Assembly (NCBI GenBank): GCA_963782655.1
Contig: CAWALA010000012.1
Coordinates: 9,761 to 73,760, forward strand
From: an uncultured beta proteobacterium
GTDB lineage: Bacteria; Pseudomonadota; Gammaproteobacteria; Burkholderiales; SG8-39
Reading direction: 5' to 3'
Length of the DNA stretch: 64,000 nucleotides
Position 1 is the stretch's first letter, and each line of letters starts with the position of its first letter. The position numbers and the translations under genes are program-made. Below are positions 14,489 through 26,310 of this stretch, piece by piece. Under the pieces are notes generated by a model, which was not told where the DNA came from, searched no databases, and saw only the letters and a list, made by a program, of their open reading frames with translations.

Positions 14489-16607
14489 GCGGCGCAGCCT
14501 GGAGAGGTCGGCGACGCGGTTCATGTTCGCGCGTGCAGCGTTGCCGCAGGAAGCCAATGCGGTTCTCCCGCACGCGCCGCGTCTTCGGCCATCACCAGCA
14601 CCTTGTCGAAGAACGCGTCCACCGGCGCCTTGAGCGCGGCGAGCGCTTGCAGCGTCGCCGGTGTAGTCGCCGCCGCGGAACGCAGCGCTCGACTGCCGAG
14701 CTGCAGCGCATGCGAAGCGCGCTCGACCAGCGTGCTTCTCCGCCGGCTCCGCTGAACAGCGTCCGGGTCGAAGCCCGACTGGCACTTCGACGCCGGCCTG
14801 CTTCAGGATGTTGGCGATGCGCTTGTTCGCCGCGGCCAGGCTCGCGCGCTTCGGGCAGCGGCGACGAAGGCGCGCACCGCCGTCGAGCTGCCGGCACCTG
14901 GTCGCAGCGCGCGCCGCGCATCGCGGCCGAGCACCGATTCGATCTCCGTCGCCGAGTAGCCGCGCTCGCGCAGGTAGCCGCGCAGGCGTTCCAGCATGAA
15001 AGTCGACAGTCGACAGCGCGTCGGCCTGATCGTCCTTGCGGCAGCACGCGCGATAGGCGCGCTCGACCAGCTCGAGCAGCGCCGACGGCGAACGCGCGCT
15101 CGACCAGGATGCGAATCACGCCGAGCGCGTGCGCGGCGCAGCGCGAACGGATCCTTCTCGCCGGTCGGCTGCTGACCGATGCCGAACATGCCGGCGAGCG
15201 TCATCGAGCTTGTCGGCCAGCGCCACGGCGCAGGCCACCGTGCCCTGCCGGCAGCCGGTCGCCGGCGAAACGCGGCCGGTAGTGCTGCTCGATCGCATCG
15301 GCGACTTCGGCGGCTCGCCGTCGTGCAGCGCGTAGTAGCGCCCCATGACGCCCTGCAGCTCGGGGAACTCGCCCACCATGCCGGTGAGCAGGTCGGCCTT
15401 GCGACAGCTCCGCCGCGCGCTCGGCGAGCGCGTCGTCCGCGCCGAGCGCGCGCGCCATCATGCCGGCGAGCGATCTGCATGCGCTGCACGCGCTCGAGCT
15501 GCGTGCCGAGCTTGTTGTGGATAGACCACCTTGGCCAGCTGCGGCACGCGCTCTTCGAGCCGCTTCTTGCGGTCCTGGTCGTAGAAGAAGCGCGCGTCCT
15601 CCAGGCGCGGGCGCACCACGCGCTCGTTGCCGCTGACGATGTGCCGCGGATCGGCGAGCTGCATGTTGCGAGACGATGAGGAAGCTGCGGCAGCAGCTTG
15701 CCGCCCGCGTCGAACAGCGGGAAGTACTTCTGGTTCTGCCGCATCGTGAGGATCAGGCATTCCTGCGGCACCTCGAGGAATGCCGGCGTCGAAGCTGCCG
15801 ACGTAGACGCTCGGGTGCTCGACCAGCGCGGTGACCTCGTCGAGCAGGCCTCGTAGTCGCCGAGGCTCCGCGCCCAGCTGCCTTCGCCTGCGCCCTGCAG
15901 CTGGCGCTCGATCTCGGCGCGGCGCTGCGCGAAGTCCGCGATGACCTTGCCCTGGTCGCGCAGCTTGCGCTTCGTAGTCGTCCGCGTCGTCGAGCGCGAT
16001 CTTCGCCTTGCCCATGAAGCGGTGCCCGCGCGTGTGCGCTGCCGGACTGCCAGGCCGAGCACCGTGCCCGGCACGACGCTTCGCGCCGTGCAGCATCACC
16101 AGGCCGTGCACCGGGCGCACGAACTGCGCCTCGCCGTCGCCCCAGCGCATCACCTTGGGGATCGGCAGCGGCCTTGAGCGCGGCTTCGACGCGCTGCGGC
16201 GAGCACGTCGGCGAGCAGGATCGCCCGGCAGCGTGCGCTCGCACGGCGTAGACGGTGCCTTTCGGCGTCTCGATCTTGCTCGAGCTGCAGCGTGTCGACC
16301 CCGTGCTTGCGGGCAAAGCCCGACACGGCCTGCTCGGGCGCCTTGGCCGACGGGCCCGAGCACCTTGTCGCGCACCTCGGCGGCCTCGGGGCGCACGTGC
16401 GTGATGCGACACGGCCAGGCGCCGCGGCGTGGCGAAGTAGCGCGACGCGCTCTCGCTCGGTGCGCAGGCCGGCTTGCTCGAGGTCGTTGGCGAGGTGGTC
16501 GCGGAAGCTGCGCCCCAGCGCGTCCAGCGCCTTCGGCGGCAGCTCCTCGGTGAGGAGCTCGACGAGCAGCGTCTGCGCTCGCGGCGCTGCAGCGGCTTCT
16601 TCGCCAT
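14485..16607 (-). CDS. glyS: glycine--tRNA ligase beta subunit (many indels)
   Basis: [81 protein letters not shown]. Confidence 0.94.
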
Positions 16608-16610
16608 CGC

Positions 16611-17487
<877 letters not shown>

Positions 17488-17500
17488 CGCGGGCGCGATG

Positions 17501-19030
17501 TTACCGGCTTGCGCCGCGCGCGGCGCGCACGCAGCGCCGCGGCGAGCAGCAGCAGCGCGCACAGCGGCGAGCGCCGGCCAGTCGCCGAAGCGCACGTAGG
17601 GCGTGGCGCCGGCATAGCCCTGCACCTCGGCGTCGAGGCGCCCTCGGTGAACGGCGGCAGCCGCGCCAGCACGCGCGCCGTCGCGGTCGATCGATCGCGG
17701 TGATGCCGGTGTTGGTGGCGCGCAGCATGCATGCGCCCGGTCTCGAGCGCGCGCGTGCGCGCGATCTGCAGGTGCTGCGCGCGGCGCGAGCGAGTCGCCG
17801 AACCAGGCGACGTTGCACACGTTCACCAGCAGCGTCGCCTCGCGGCAGCTGGCGGATGATCTCCTCGCCGAAGGCATCCTCGTAGCAGATGTTGACCGCG
17901 ACCCGCTGCCCGGCGACCGCGAGCGGCCGCTGCGTCGGCGCGCCGCGCGCGAAGTCCGGCGAGCGGGATCGCAGCACGCGCACGATCCAGCCGAAGCCCG
18001 GCGGCACGAATTCGCCGAACGGCACCAGGTGCGACTTGTGGTAGCGCTGCGGCGGCGAGGCGCCGAGGCTCACGCACGCTGTTGTAGTAGTCGCCCGCGG
18101 CGCAGCGCGCGTCGGGCACGCCGAGCAGCAGGTCGCCGCCGTTGCGCTGCGCGCGCCGCGCGCAGGCGCTCGAGGTAGGCCGGGTCGACGCTGTCGAGAA
18201 AGCGCGGCAGCGCGGTCTCGGGCAGCACGATGAGCCGCGCGCGGCTGCGCTCGGCGAGCCGCGCGTAGGTGCTCGAGCGTGCGCGCGTAGCGCGCCGGGT
18301 CGCACTTCAGGTCCTGCGGCGATGTTGCCCTGCAGCAGGCTCGACCGTGACCGGCGCGCCCGCCGGCGCGGTCCACTCGACACCTGCGCAGGCCGGCGCC
18401 GGCGACGCCGAGCGAGCGCGAAGGCCGCGGCCGCCGCGCCAGCGCGCCTGCGCCGATGCGCGACGCACCAGCAGCAGCCCGGCGGCGCAGCCGCGGTGAC
18501 GAAGCGACGACGCCGTAGACGCCGCCCAGCGGGCGCGAAGCCCGCGAGCGGCGTGTCGAGCGCCTGCGAGTAGCCGAGCGCGAGCCAGGGAAAGCCGGTG
18601 AAGAGCCAGCCGCGCAGCCATTCGGCGAGCGTCCACAGCGCCGGGATGACGCAGCGCGGCGCGCACCGCGGGCGGCGCGCGGAGCGTCGCCTGCAGCGCA
18701 GCCGGCGAGCGCCGGGATAGAGCGCGAGAAAGGCGCAGAAGAGCGAGCGTGGCGAAGCGCCGCGAGCGGCGCCGGCATGGCGCCGAAGTCGTGCAGGCTG
18801 ACGTAGACCCAGGACACGCCGGCGAGGAACAGCCCGAGGCCGAAGGCGAAGCCGAGCGCGGCGGCGCGCGCGCGGCGCGCCGGCGCCGCGAGCCAGCAGA
18901 TGCACGAGCACCGCCAGCGCCAGCGAGCGCGAGCGGCGAACCAGCTCGAGCGGCGCGAAAGCCGGCACCGTCGCCGCGCCGCGCGAGCGAAGCGCGCCGC
19001 CGGCGCAGCGCGCCTGCAGCGAGCGGTCAT
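17501..19030 (-). CDS. lnt: apolipoprotein N-acyltransferase
   Basis: [62 protein letters not shown]. Confidence 0.92.
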   Translation of the reverse strand: MTARCRRAAPAARFARAARRRCRLSRRSSWFAARARWRWRCSCICWLAAPARRARAAALGFAFGLGLFLAGVSWVYVSLHDFGAMPAPLAALRHARSSAPFSRSIPALAGCAAGDAPRAARGARRAASSRRCGRSPNGCAAGSSPAFPGSRSATRRRSTRRSRASRPLGGVYGVVASSPRLRRRAAAGASRIGAGALARRPRPSRSLGVAGAGLRRCRVDRAGGRAGHGRACCRATSPQDLKCDPARYARTLEHLRAARRAQPRAAHRAARDRAAALSRQRRPGLPRAPARGARSATAATCCSACPTRAAPRATTTTACVSLGASPPQRYHKSHLVPFGEFVPPGFGWIVRVLRSRSPDFARGAPTQRPLAVAGQRVAVNICYEDAFGEEIIRQLPRGDAAGERVQRRLVRRLARAARSTCRSRARARSRPGACMLRATNTGITAIDRPRRRACWRGCRRSPRAPRRRGAGLCRRHALRALRRLAGARRCARCCCSPRRCVRAARGASR

Positions 19031-19859
19031 TGCTCGCGGCTTTTCGACCGAGCAGCGTGTGCACGCGCCGGCTGTCGGCGCGCAGCACCTGGAAGCTGCA
19101 GCCGTCGATCGCGATCGATCTCGCCGCGCTTGGGCAGGCGCCCGAAGCGCGCGATCACCAGGCCGCCGACGGTGTCGTACTCCTCGTCGGAGAAGTCGGT
19201 GCCGAAGGCGTCGTTGAAGTCGGCGATCTCGGTGAGCGCCTTGACGCGGTAGCGGCCGCTCGCTCGAGCAGGATGTTGTCCTCGGTTTCGTCGAAGTCGT
19301 ATTCGTCCTCGATGTCGCCGACGATCTGCTCGAGCACGTCCTCGATGGTCACCAGGCCCGGCGACGCCGCCGTATTCGTCGACCACGATGGCCATGTGGT
19401 TGCGGTTGGCGCGGAACTCGCGCAGCAGCACGTTGAGGCGCTTGGACTCGGGCACGAACACCGCCGGCCGCAGCATGTCGCGCACGTTGAACTCCTCCTC
19501 GCCGGCGTAGTAGCGCAGCAGGTCCTTGGCGAGCAGGATGCCGATCACGTCGTCGCGGTTCTCGGTCGATCACCGGGAAGCGCGAGTGCGCCGTCTCGAT
19601 CACGTGCGGGATGAACTTGTCCGGCGTCTCGTCGATGTCGATCACGTCCATCTGCGCGCGCGGCACCATGATGTCGCGCACCTGCATCTCGGACACCTGC
19701 GAGCACGCCCTCGATCATCGACAGCGCGTCGGCGTCGAGCAGGTTGCGCTCGTAGGCCGAGTGCAGCAGCGTCGATCAGCTGCTCGCGGTCCTCGGGCTC
19801 GCGCAGCAGCAGCGCGGACAGGCGCTCGAGCAGGCCGGGTTCGTGACGGGTTCGTTCAT
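19027..19859 (-). CDS. corC: CBS/CorC-domain Mg2+/Co2+ efflux-associated protein (YbeX)
   Basis: [50 protein letters not shown]. Confidence 0.92.
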
Positions 19860-19893
19860 GCGGCGTCGAGGCGTGGCGCAGCCGCGTCATCTT

Positions 19894-20360
19894 CTACCGC
19901 GTAGGGATCGGCGATACCCGAGCCGCGCGCAGTATGCGCGATCTCCGCGCGCTCCATGCGCTGCGGCCTCGCGCGCGCGCGCTCGTGGTCGTAACCCTGC
20001 AGGTGCAGCAGGCCGTGCACGACCAGGTGCGCGTAGTGCGCGGCGAGCGTCTTGCCCTGCGCGCGCGCTTCGCGCGCGCACCACCGGCGCGCACAGCACG
20101 ACGTCGCCCGCGAGCGCGCGCGTCCGGCGTCGTAGGCGAAGGTGAGCACGTTGGTGGCGTAGTCGCGGCCGCGGAAGTCGCGGTTGAGCGCGCGCGCCTT
20201 CGGCGGCGCCGACGATGCGCAGCGTGACCTCGCGGCGCCGCGCGCGCAGCGCCGCGCGCGCCCAGCGCGCGCAGCGCGCGCGCGCGACGGCAGGCGCGCG
20301 GCGCGCACGGCGCGCTGCACGCGTCGAGCGCTAGCTTCGGCGGCGCGTTCGCGCTCGCGC
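19894..20360 (-). CDS. ybeY: rRNA maturation endoribonuclease YbeY (ends approximate)
   Basis: [32 protein letters not shown] metal motif. Confidence 0.92.
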
Positions 20361-21322
20361 GTCGCTTGGCGCTCGTAGGCGTCGACGATGCGCTGCACCA
20401 GCGGATGGCGCACCACGTCCTCGGCCGGGAAATCGGTGAAGGCGATGCCGCGCACGTCGGCGAGGATGCGGCGCGCCTCGACCAGGCCGCTCTTCTGCCC
20501 GCGCGGCAGGTCGATCTGCGTGACGTCGCCGGTGACCACCGCCTTGGCGCCGAAGCCGATGCGGGTGAGGAACATCTTCATCTGCTCGGGCGTGGTGTTC
20601 TGCGCCTCGTCGAGGATGATGAAGGCGTGGTTGAGCGTGCGCCCGCGCATGTAGGCGAGCGGCGCGATCTCGATCGCGCCGCGCTCGAGCAGCTTGCGCC
20701 ACCTTGTCGAAGCCCATCAGGTCGTAGAGCGCGTCGTAGAGCGGGCGCAGGTAGGGATCGACCTTCTGCGCCAGGTCGCCGGGCAGGAAGCCGAGCCGCT
20801 CGCCGGCCTCCACCGCCGGGCGCACCAGCACGATGCGCTTGACCTCGTCGCGCTCGAGCGCGTCCACCGCGCAGGCCACCGCGAGGTAGGTCTTGCCGGT
20901 GCCGGCCGGGCCGATGCCGAAGGTGATGTCGTGCTTCGAGGATGTTGCTCGAGGTACTGCGACCTGGCGCGGCGTGCGGCCGTGCAGGTCGGCGCGTGCG
21001 CGTGAGCAGCGCCGGCGCCTCGCGTCGTCCGCGCGGCGGCGTCGCCGTGCGCGAGCTCCGACCAGGCCGAGCTGGACGTCGTCGACGCGTCAGGTCGCTC
21101 GGCGGCCTGGGCGTAGAAGCGCTCGCAGCGCCTCGCGCCGCGCGCGCCGCCTGCTGCGGCTCGCCGCGCACGCGTGAAGCGCTCGCCGCGGCGCGCGATC
21201 GCGACGTCGAGCGCGGTTTCGATCTGGCGCAGGTTCTCGTCCAGCGCGCCGCACAGATCGGCGAGGCGCTGGTTGTCGACCGGCGTCGAGGCGGACTTCG
21301 CACGGGCTTGGCGCTTGGGCAG
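20331..21322 (-). CDS. phoH: PhoH-family ATPase (YbeZ); start approximate
   Basis: [66 protein letters not shown]. Confidence 0.92.
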
Positions 21323-21328
21323 CGCGTT

Positions 21329-22689
21329 CTAGCAGCGCATGCCTGCGCCAGCTCGCCGCGCAGCGTGTGCGCGCAGCGCCGCGGTGATGCGCACGTCGAC
21401 GAAGCTGTGCCGACCAGGTCGCGGCGGCGCCGGCGAAATTGACGACGCGGTTGTTGTCGGTGCGGCCGGCCAGCTCGTCGGCGTCCTTCTTCGACGGCGC
21501 CTTCGACCAGCACGCGCTGCGCGCTGCCGACCATCGCCGCGCTGATCGGCGCGCGCCTGCGCCTCGAGCTGCGCCTGCAGGCGCTGCAGGCGCTCGAGCT
21601 TCACCTCGCTGCGGCGTGTCGTCGGGCAGCTCGGCCGCCGGCGTCCCGGGCCGCGGGCTGTAGAGGAAGGAGAAGGAGTCGTCGAAGCCGACTTCGTGCG
21701 ATCAGCTTCATCGTCGCCTCGAAATCGGCCTCGGTCTCGCCGGGGAAGCCGACGATGAAGTCCGACGATAGGCTCAGACGTCCGGGCGCGCGCCGCGCAG
21801 CCGGCGCACGATCGACTTGTATTCCAGCGCGGTGTAGCCGCGCTTCATCGCCGCGAGCATGCGGTCCGAGCCCGACTGCACCGGCAGGTGCACGTGCGGC
21901 ACCAGCTTGCGGCAGCTCGCGCGTGCGCGTCGATCAGGCGCTGGCGTGAATTCGCGCGGGTGCGAGGTGGTGTAGCGGATGCGCTCGATGCCGGCGATCT
22001 CGGCGACGTAGTCGCAGCAGCAGCGCGAAATCGGCCGCGCTCGCGCCGTCGCCATCGCGCCGCGCTAGGCGTTGACGTTCTGCCCGAGCAGGGTGACTTC
22101 CTTCACGCCCTGCGCGGCGAGGTCGGCGATCTCGGCCAGCACGTCGTCGAACGGGCGCGAGACTTCCTCGCCGCGCGTGTAGGGCACGACGCAGAAGCTG
22201 CAGTACTTGCTGCAGCCTTCCATGATCGAGACGAAGGCCGCGGCGCCCGTCGACCCGCGCCGGCGGCAGGTGGTCGAATTTCTCGATCTCGGGAAAGCGA
22301 GATGTCGACCTGCGGCTTGCCGCTGCGCGCGGCGCGCGCTCGATCAGCTGCGGGCAGGCGGTGCAGGGTCTGCGGGCCGAACACCACGTCGACGTAGGGC
22401 GCGCGCGCGACGATGGCGCGCCTTCCTGGCTCGCGACGCAGCCGCCGACGCCGATCACCAGGCCGGGTTGCGCGCGCTTCAGGTGGCGCACGCGGCCGAG
22501 GTCGTGGAACACCTTCTCCTGCGCCTTCTCGCGCACCGAGCAGGTGTTGAACAGGATGACGTCGGCGTCCGCCGGGCTGCGTCGGTCGGGCTCGAGGCCT
22601 TCGGCCGCGGCGAGCACGTCGGCCATCTTGTCCGAGTCGTACTCGTTCATCTGGCAGCCGAAGGTGCGCAGGAAGAGCTTGCCGGCCAT
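21329..22689 (-). CDS. miaB: tRNA-2-methylthio-N6-dimethylallyladenosine synthase
   Basis: [44 protein letters not shown] radical-SAM motif, [19 protein letters not shown]. Confidence 0.95.
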
Positions 22690-22701
22690 GCGGGCGCGAC
22701 G

Positions 22702-23026
22702 CTACTTGGCGGCTCGGCGGACTGCGCCGCTTCCTGCGGCGTCAGGATCCAGACGCGGGCAATCAGGCCCTGCGCGTCGCACCTGGTACTTGACCACGCT
22801 GCCGGCGGGCAATCGCCGTCGGCAGCATGAGGCGGTTGTGGATGTCGCGGATCTGCGCGCCGGGCGCGAGCCGCGCCTGCTTGCCGTCCACCTGCACGAT
22901 ACATGTCCTGCAGGTGGCGCATGACGGCCGCGCTTGGCGTCGGCCGGCACGGTGCGCAGCTGCGCCGCGCCACCAGGCGCCGATCGCGCACAGCGAGGAT
23001 CGCGGATCGGCGAGCAGGCGCGTCAT
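22702..23026 (-). CDS. small conserved-looking hypothetical exported protein
   Basis: Hydrophobic N-terminus, then [26 protein letters not shown]...[20 protein letters not shown] across indels. Confidence 0.7.
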
Positions 23027-23038
23027 CGGAGGAAGAAG

Positions 23039-23115
23039 TGGTGGCGAATCAGGGACTCGAACCCCGGACAAACGGATTATGATTCCGCTGCTCTAACCAG
23101 CTGAGCTAATTCGCC
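23039..23115 (-). tRNA. tRNA-Met (CAT), probably elongator
   Basis: Reverse complement GGCGAATTAGCTCAGCTGGTTAGAGCAGCGGAATCATAATCCGTTTGTCCGGGGTTCGAGTCCCTGATTCGCCACCA: cloverleaf, GTTCGA, encoded CCA. G1-C72 is paired (not initiator); G4 argues against Ile2. Confidence 0.95.
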
Positions 23116-23126
23116 ACGCATGGCAA

Positions 23127-23132
23127 ATTTTA
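23127..23132 (-). promoter_or_regulatory. putative -10 box (TAAAAT) for the tRNA
   Basis: AT-rich hexamer 11 nt upstream of the tRNA 5' end in a GC-rich background. Confidence 0.5.
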
Positions 23133-23166
23133 ATCCAGCCGGAGGCTTAGCGCCATCGTGGCTACA

Positions 23167-24333
23167 ATGCGCCGTGACTTCGATCTGGCGATCGTCGGCG
23201 CGGGGCTCGCGGGCCTCGCGCTGGCGCGCGCCGCGCGCGGCCTGCGCGTGGCGCTGGTGGCGCAACAGCCGCGCCCCGGCTGCGCCGCTGCCGGACGAGG
23301 CGATCGACGCGCGCGTCTACGCCATCACCCCGGGCAATGCCGCGTTCCTCGCCGGCCTGGGCGCCTGGCAGGCGCTGGACGCGGCGCGCATCGCGCCGGT
23401 GCGCGCGATGCGGGTGTGCGGCGACGGCCCGGCGGCCGCGCTCGAGTTCGACGCCTATCGCGCGGGCTGCGGCGAGCTGGCCTGGATCGTCGAGGACCGC
23501 GCGCTGCAGGCGGCGCTGTGGCGCGCGCTGGGCAGGCGACGTCGAGATCTTCGCGCCGGCGCAGTGCGAGTCGCTCGACATCGGGCCGCGCGCGGCGCGC
23601 GTGCAGTTGCGCGACGGCCGCGAGCTCGCCGCGAACCTCGTGGTCGGCGCCGACGGCGCGCACTCGTTCGTGCGCGAGCAGGCCGGCATCGCCGTCGGCG
23701 GCGAGGACGTACGCGCAGAGCGCCGTGGTGGCGAATTTCGCCTGCGAGCGAGCCGCATGGCGGCGTCGCGCTGCAGTGGTTCCAGGGCGGGCCGGTGCTC
23801 GCGCTCCTGCCGCTGCCCGGCGAGCGCGTCTCGATGGTCTGGTCGACCGGGGACGCGCGCGCGCCTGCTGGCGCTCGATGCGCAGTCGCTGTGCCGCGAA
23901 GTGGCAGCGCGCCGAGCGCCGACGCGCTGGGCGAGTTGCGCCTGCTGGGCGCGGCCGCGCGCGTTTCCGCTGCAGCGGCATGGCGGCCAGCGCCTGGTGG
24001 CGCCGCGCGTCGCGCTGGTGGGCGACGCGGCCCACGTGGTGCATCCCCTGGCCGGGCAGGGCGCGAACCTCGGCCTGCAGGACGCGCGCGAACTCGCTGC
24101 CGTGCTCGCCGCGCGCGAGCCGCAGCGCGATCCGGGCGAGCTGCGCCTGCTGCGCCGCTACGAGCGCGCCCGCGCGGCCGACGTCCTCGCGATGGACGCG
24201 ACGGTGCACGGCCTGTACCGCCTGTTCGCCTCCGAGCGCGCGGCCGCTGGCGCGCCTGCGCAACGCCGGATTGAACTTGACCGACCGTTTGCCGGTCCTA
24301 AAGAACCTCCTCATCCGCCAGGCGATGCTCTGA
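23167..24333 (+). CDS. UbiH/UbiF/UbiI-family FAD-dependent hydroxylase
   Basis: FDLAIVGAGLAG, DARVYAITP, VVGADGAHSFVR, LVGDAAHVVHPLAGQGANLGLQD. Confidence 0.88.
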   Translation: MRRDFDLAIVGAGLAGLALARAARGLRVALVAQQPRPGCAAAGRGDRRARLRHHPGQCRVPRRPGRLAGAGRGAHRAGARDAGVRRRPGGRARVRRLSRGLRRAGLDRRGPRAAGGAVARAGQATSRSSRRRSASRSTSGRARRACSCATAASSPRTSWSAPTARTRSCASRPASPSAARTYAQSAVVANFACERAAWRRRAAVVPGRAGARAPAAARRARLDGLVDRGRARACWRSMRSRCAAKWQRAERRRAGRVAPAGRGRARFRCSGMAASAWWRRASRWWATRPTWCIPWPGRARTSACRTRANSLPCSPRASRSAIRASCACCAATSAPARPTSSRWTRRCTACTACSPPSARPLARLRNAGLNLTDRLPVLKNLLIRQAML

Positions 24334-25069
24334 TGAAAAAGCTGACCGTGTTCCTTGCTTGCCTGCTCGCCGCGGCCGGTGCGCTGGCCGACGAGGCCAA
24401 GATCCGCCGGGTGGTGGAAGCCGCGCTCGGCGGCGTGCGCGTGGAGGCGGTGCAGCCGTCGCCGCTGCCGGGATTCTTCGAGGTGCGCTTCACCACGCGC
24501 GAGGGGCCGCAGATCGTCTATACCGACGACGAGGCGAACTACATCCTCGAGGGCAGCCTGTACGACACGCGCAAGCAGCGCAACCTGACCGAGGAGCGCC
24601 TGCGCAAGCTCTCGGCGATCAGCTTCGACGCGCTGCCGCTCGATCTGGCGGTGAAGGTGCAGCGCGGCAACGGCAAGCGCGTGATGGCGATGTTCTCCGA
24701 TCCCTATTGCCCGGCCTGCCGGCAGTTCGAGCAGATGCTCGCGCAGGTGGACGACATCACGATCTACTACTTCATGTACCCGGTGATCCGGCCCGAGCTC
24801 GCCGACCACTCGAAGGCGGTGTGGTGCGCGCCCGATCGCGGCAAGGCCTGGCTGGAGCTCGCTGCGCGCGCCAAGCCGCGCGCGGCCGCCGACGCGAGCT
24901 GCGCCACGCCGATCGACCGCGTGCTGGAGCTGGGCAAGTCCCTGCGCGTGACCTCCACGCCGACGCTGTTCTTCGCCAACGGCGAGCGCCTGCGCGGCGG
25001 CCTGCCCGTGGCGCAGCTGCGCACCATGCTCGACGAGTCCGCGCGCCCGGCGCGCGCGCGCGCAAGTAG
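24333..25069 (+). CDS. dsbC: thiol:disulfide isomerase DsbC family
   Basis: Signal peptide, FSDPYCPAC (CxxC), VWCAPDR, TSTPTLFFANG. Confidence 0.88.
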
Positions 25070-25080
25070 CGCGAGTACGC

Positions 25081-26219
25081 CTAGAGCCGCGGCAGCGGCT
25101 CGCCGCGCGGCCACAGCAGCCACAGGCGGCCCGCCTGGCGCATGCGCCCGGCGAGCGCGCCGGCTTCGGCGCCCGGTCCCCCAGAAGAAGTCGGCGCGCA
25201 CCGCGCCGCGGATCGCGCCGCCGGTGTCCTGCGCCGCCACCAGGCGCTCGAGCGGCTGCGGCGACAGCGGATAGGTGGTGGCGAGGAACACCGGCGCACC
25301 GAGCGGCACGTAGCGCGGATCCACCGCGATGCTGTAGCCCGCCTCCAGCGGCACGCCCAGCGCGCCGATCGGCCCGCCGGCCGCGGGCAGTTCGCGGAAG
25401 AACACGTAGCTCGGATTCTGGTTGAGCGCTTCCTGGTAGCGGCCGCGGATTGGCCGCCGCCCAGGCCTTGATGCTCTGCATCGAGGCCTGGTCCAGCGTC
25501 ATTTCGCCGCGCTCGACCAGATAGCGGCCGAGCGAGCGGTAGGGATGGCCGTTCTGCTCGGCGAAGCCCACGCGCAGGCGCTCGCCCGTGTCGAGCTGGA
25601 TCTGCCCCGAGCCCTGGACCTGCAGGAAGAACAGCTCCACCGGGTCGGCGATCCAGGCGATCACCGGGCGCGCCGAACGCCGCCCCTTGCAGCGTCGATC
25701 TCGCCGCGCGTGTAGTAGGGCTCCAGGCGCCGGCCGTTGAGCCGGCCGCGCAGGCGCAGGCCGCGCAGCTCCGGGTACTGCCCGGCAAGGTCCACCACCA
25801 CCAGGTCCTCGCGGCAGCCCGTACACCGGGCGCGGAAGCGCGCGCTGCGCGCTGCGGCTGCCTTCGAGCACCGGCTCGTAGTAGCCGGTGACCTGTCCTT
25901 CGGCGAGGCCGTCGGGCGCCACGATGGCGTAGGCGTTGAACGCGCGCTCGAAGAACGCGCGCGCCGCCGCGTCGTCGCCGGCGGGCAGCTGCCTTCGCTT
26001 CGTCACAGACCGTCTGCAGGGCTCGCGCATGCGCGAGGCGGTGGCAGCCGGCAGCGAATGCGCGCGCGCTGGCGGCATGCGGCGCCTGCGCCCAGCCGGG
26101 CAGTCCGGCGAACGGTGCCGGTTCATAGCGGGCGTCGGCGGGCGGCTTGGGCGGCGGGCAGGGGCAGGCGCGGCGGGCGGCAGCTGCGCGCAACCCGCGG
26201 CCAGTAGAATCGCCGCCAT
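25081..26219 (-). CDS. mltA: membrane-bound lytic murein transglycosylase A (alternative start at 26270)
   Basis: Lipobox LAAGC, VTGYYEP, FFLQVQGSG, NGHPYRS, SIAVDP, AQDTGGAIRG, RADFFWG. Confidence 0.92.
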
Positions 26220-26310
26220 GTGGGTCGTGATCCTCGAAATGCTGGTGGCGCTCGCGCTGCTGGTGCTCATCGTCTGGTGGACCTGGCCTAGGAAACCGCC
26301 GCCACCGTGA
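26218..26310 (+). CDS. 30-aa single-pass membrane microprotein
   Basis: MWVVILEMLVALALLVLIVWWTWPRKPPPP*; TAGAAT lies 7 nt upstream of the ATG; GC3-rich codons. Confidence 0.6.
   Translation: MWVVILEMLVALALLVLIVWWTWPRKPPPP

Noticed and set aside
20220-20330. Long (GC)n/(GCGC)n runs as a repeat element
   Set aside because: Ala/Arg-rich coding sequence in an error-dense region; such runs occur throughout the window.
23039-23115. tRNA as an integration site for an island
   Set aside because: No integrase, no duplicated tRNA 3' end and no compositional shift; the flanks are core genes.
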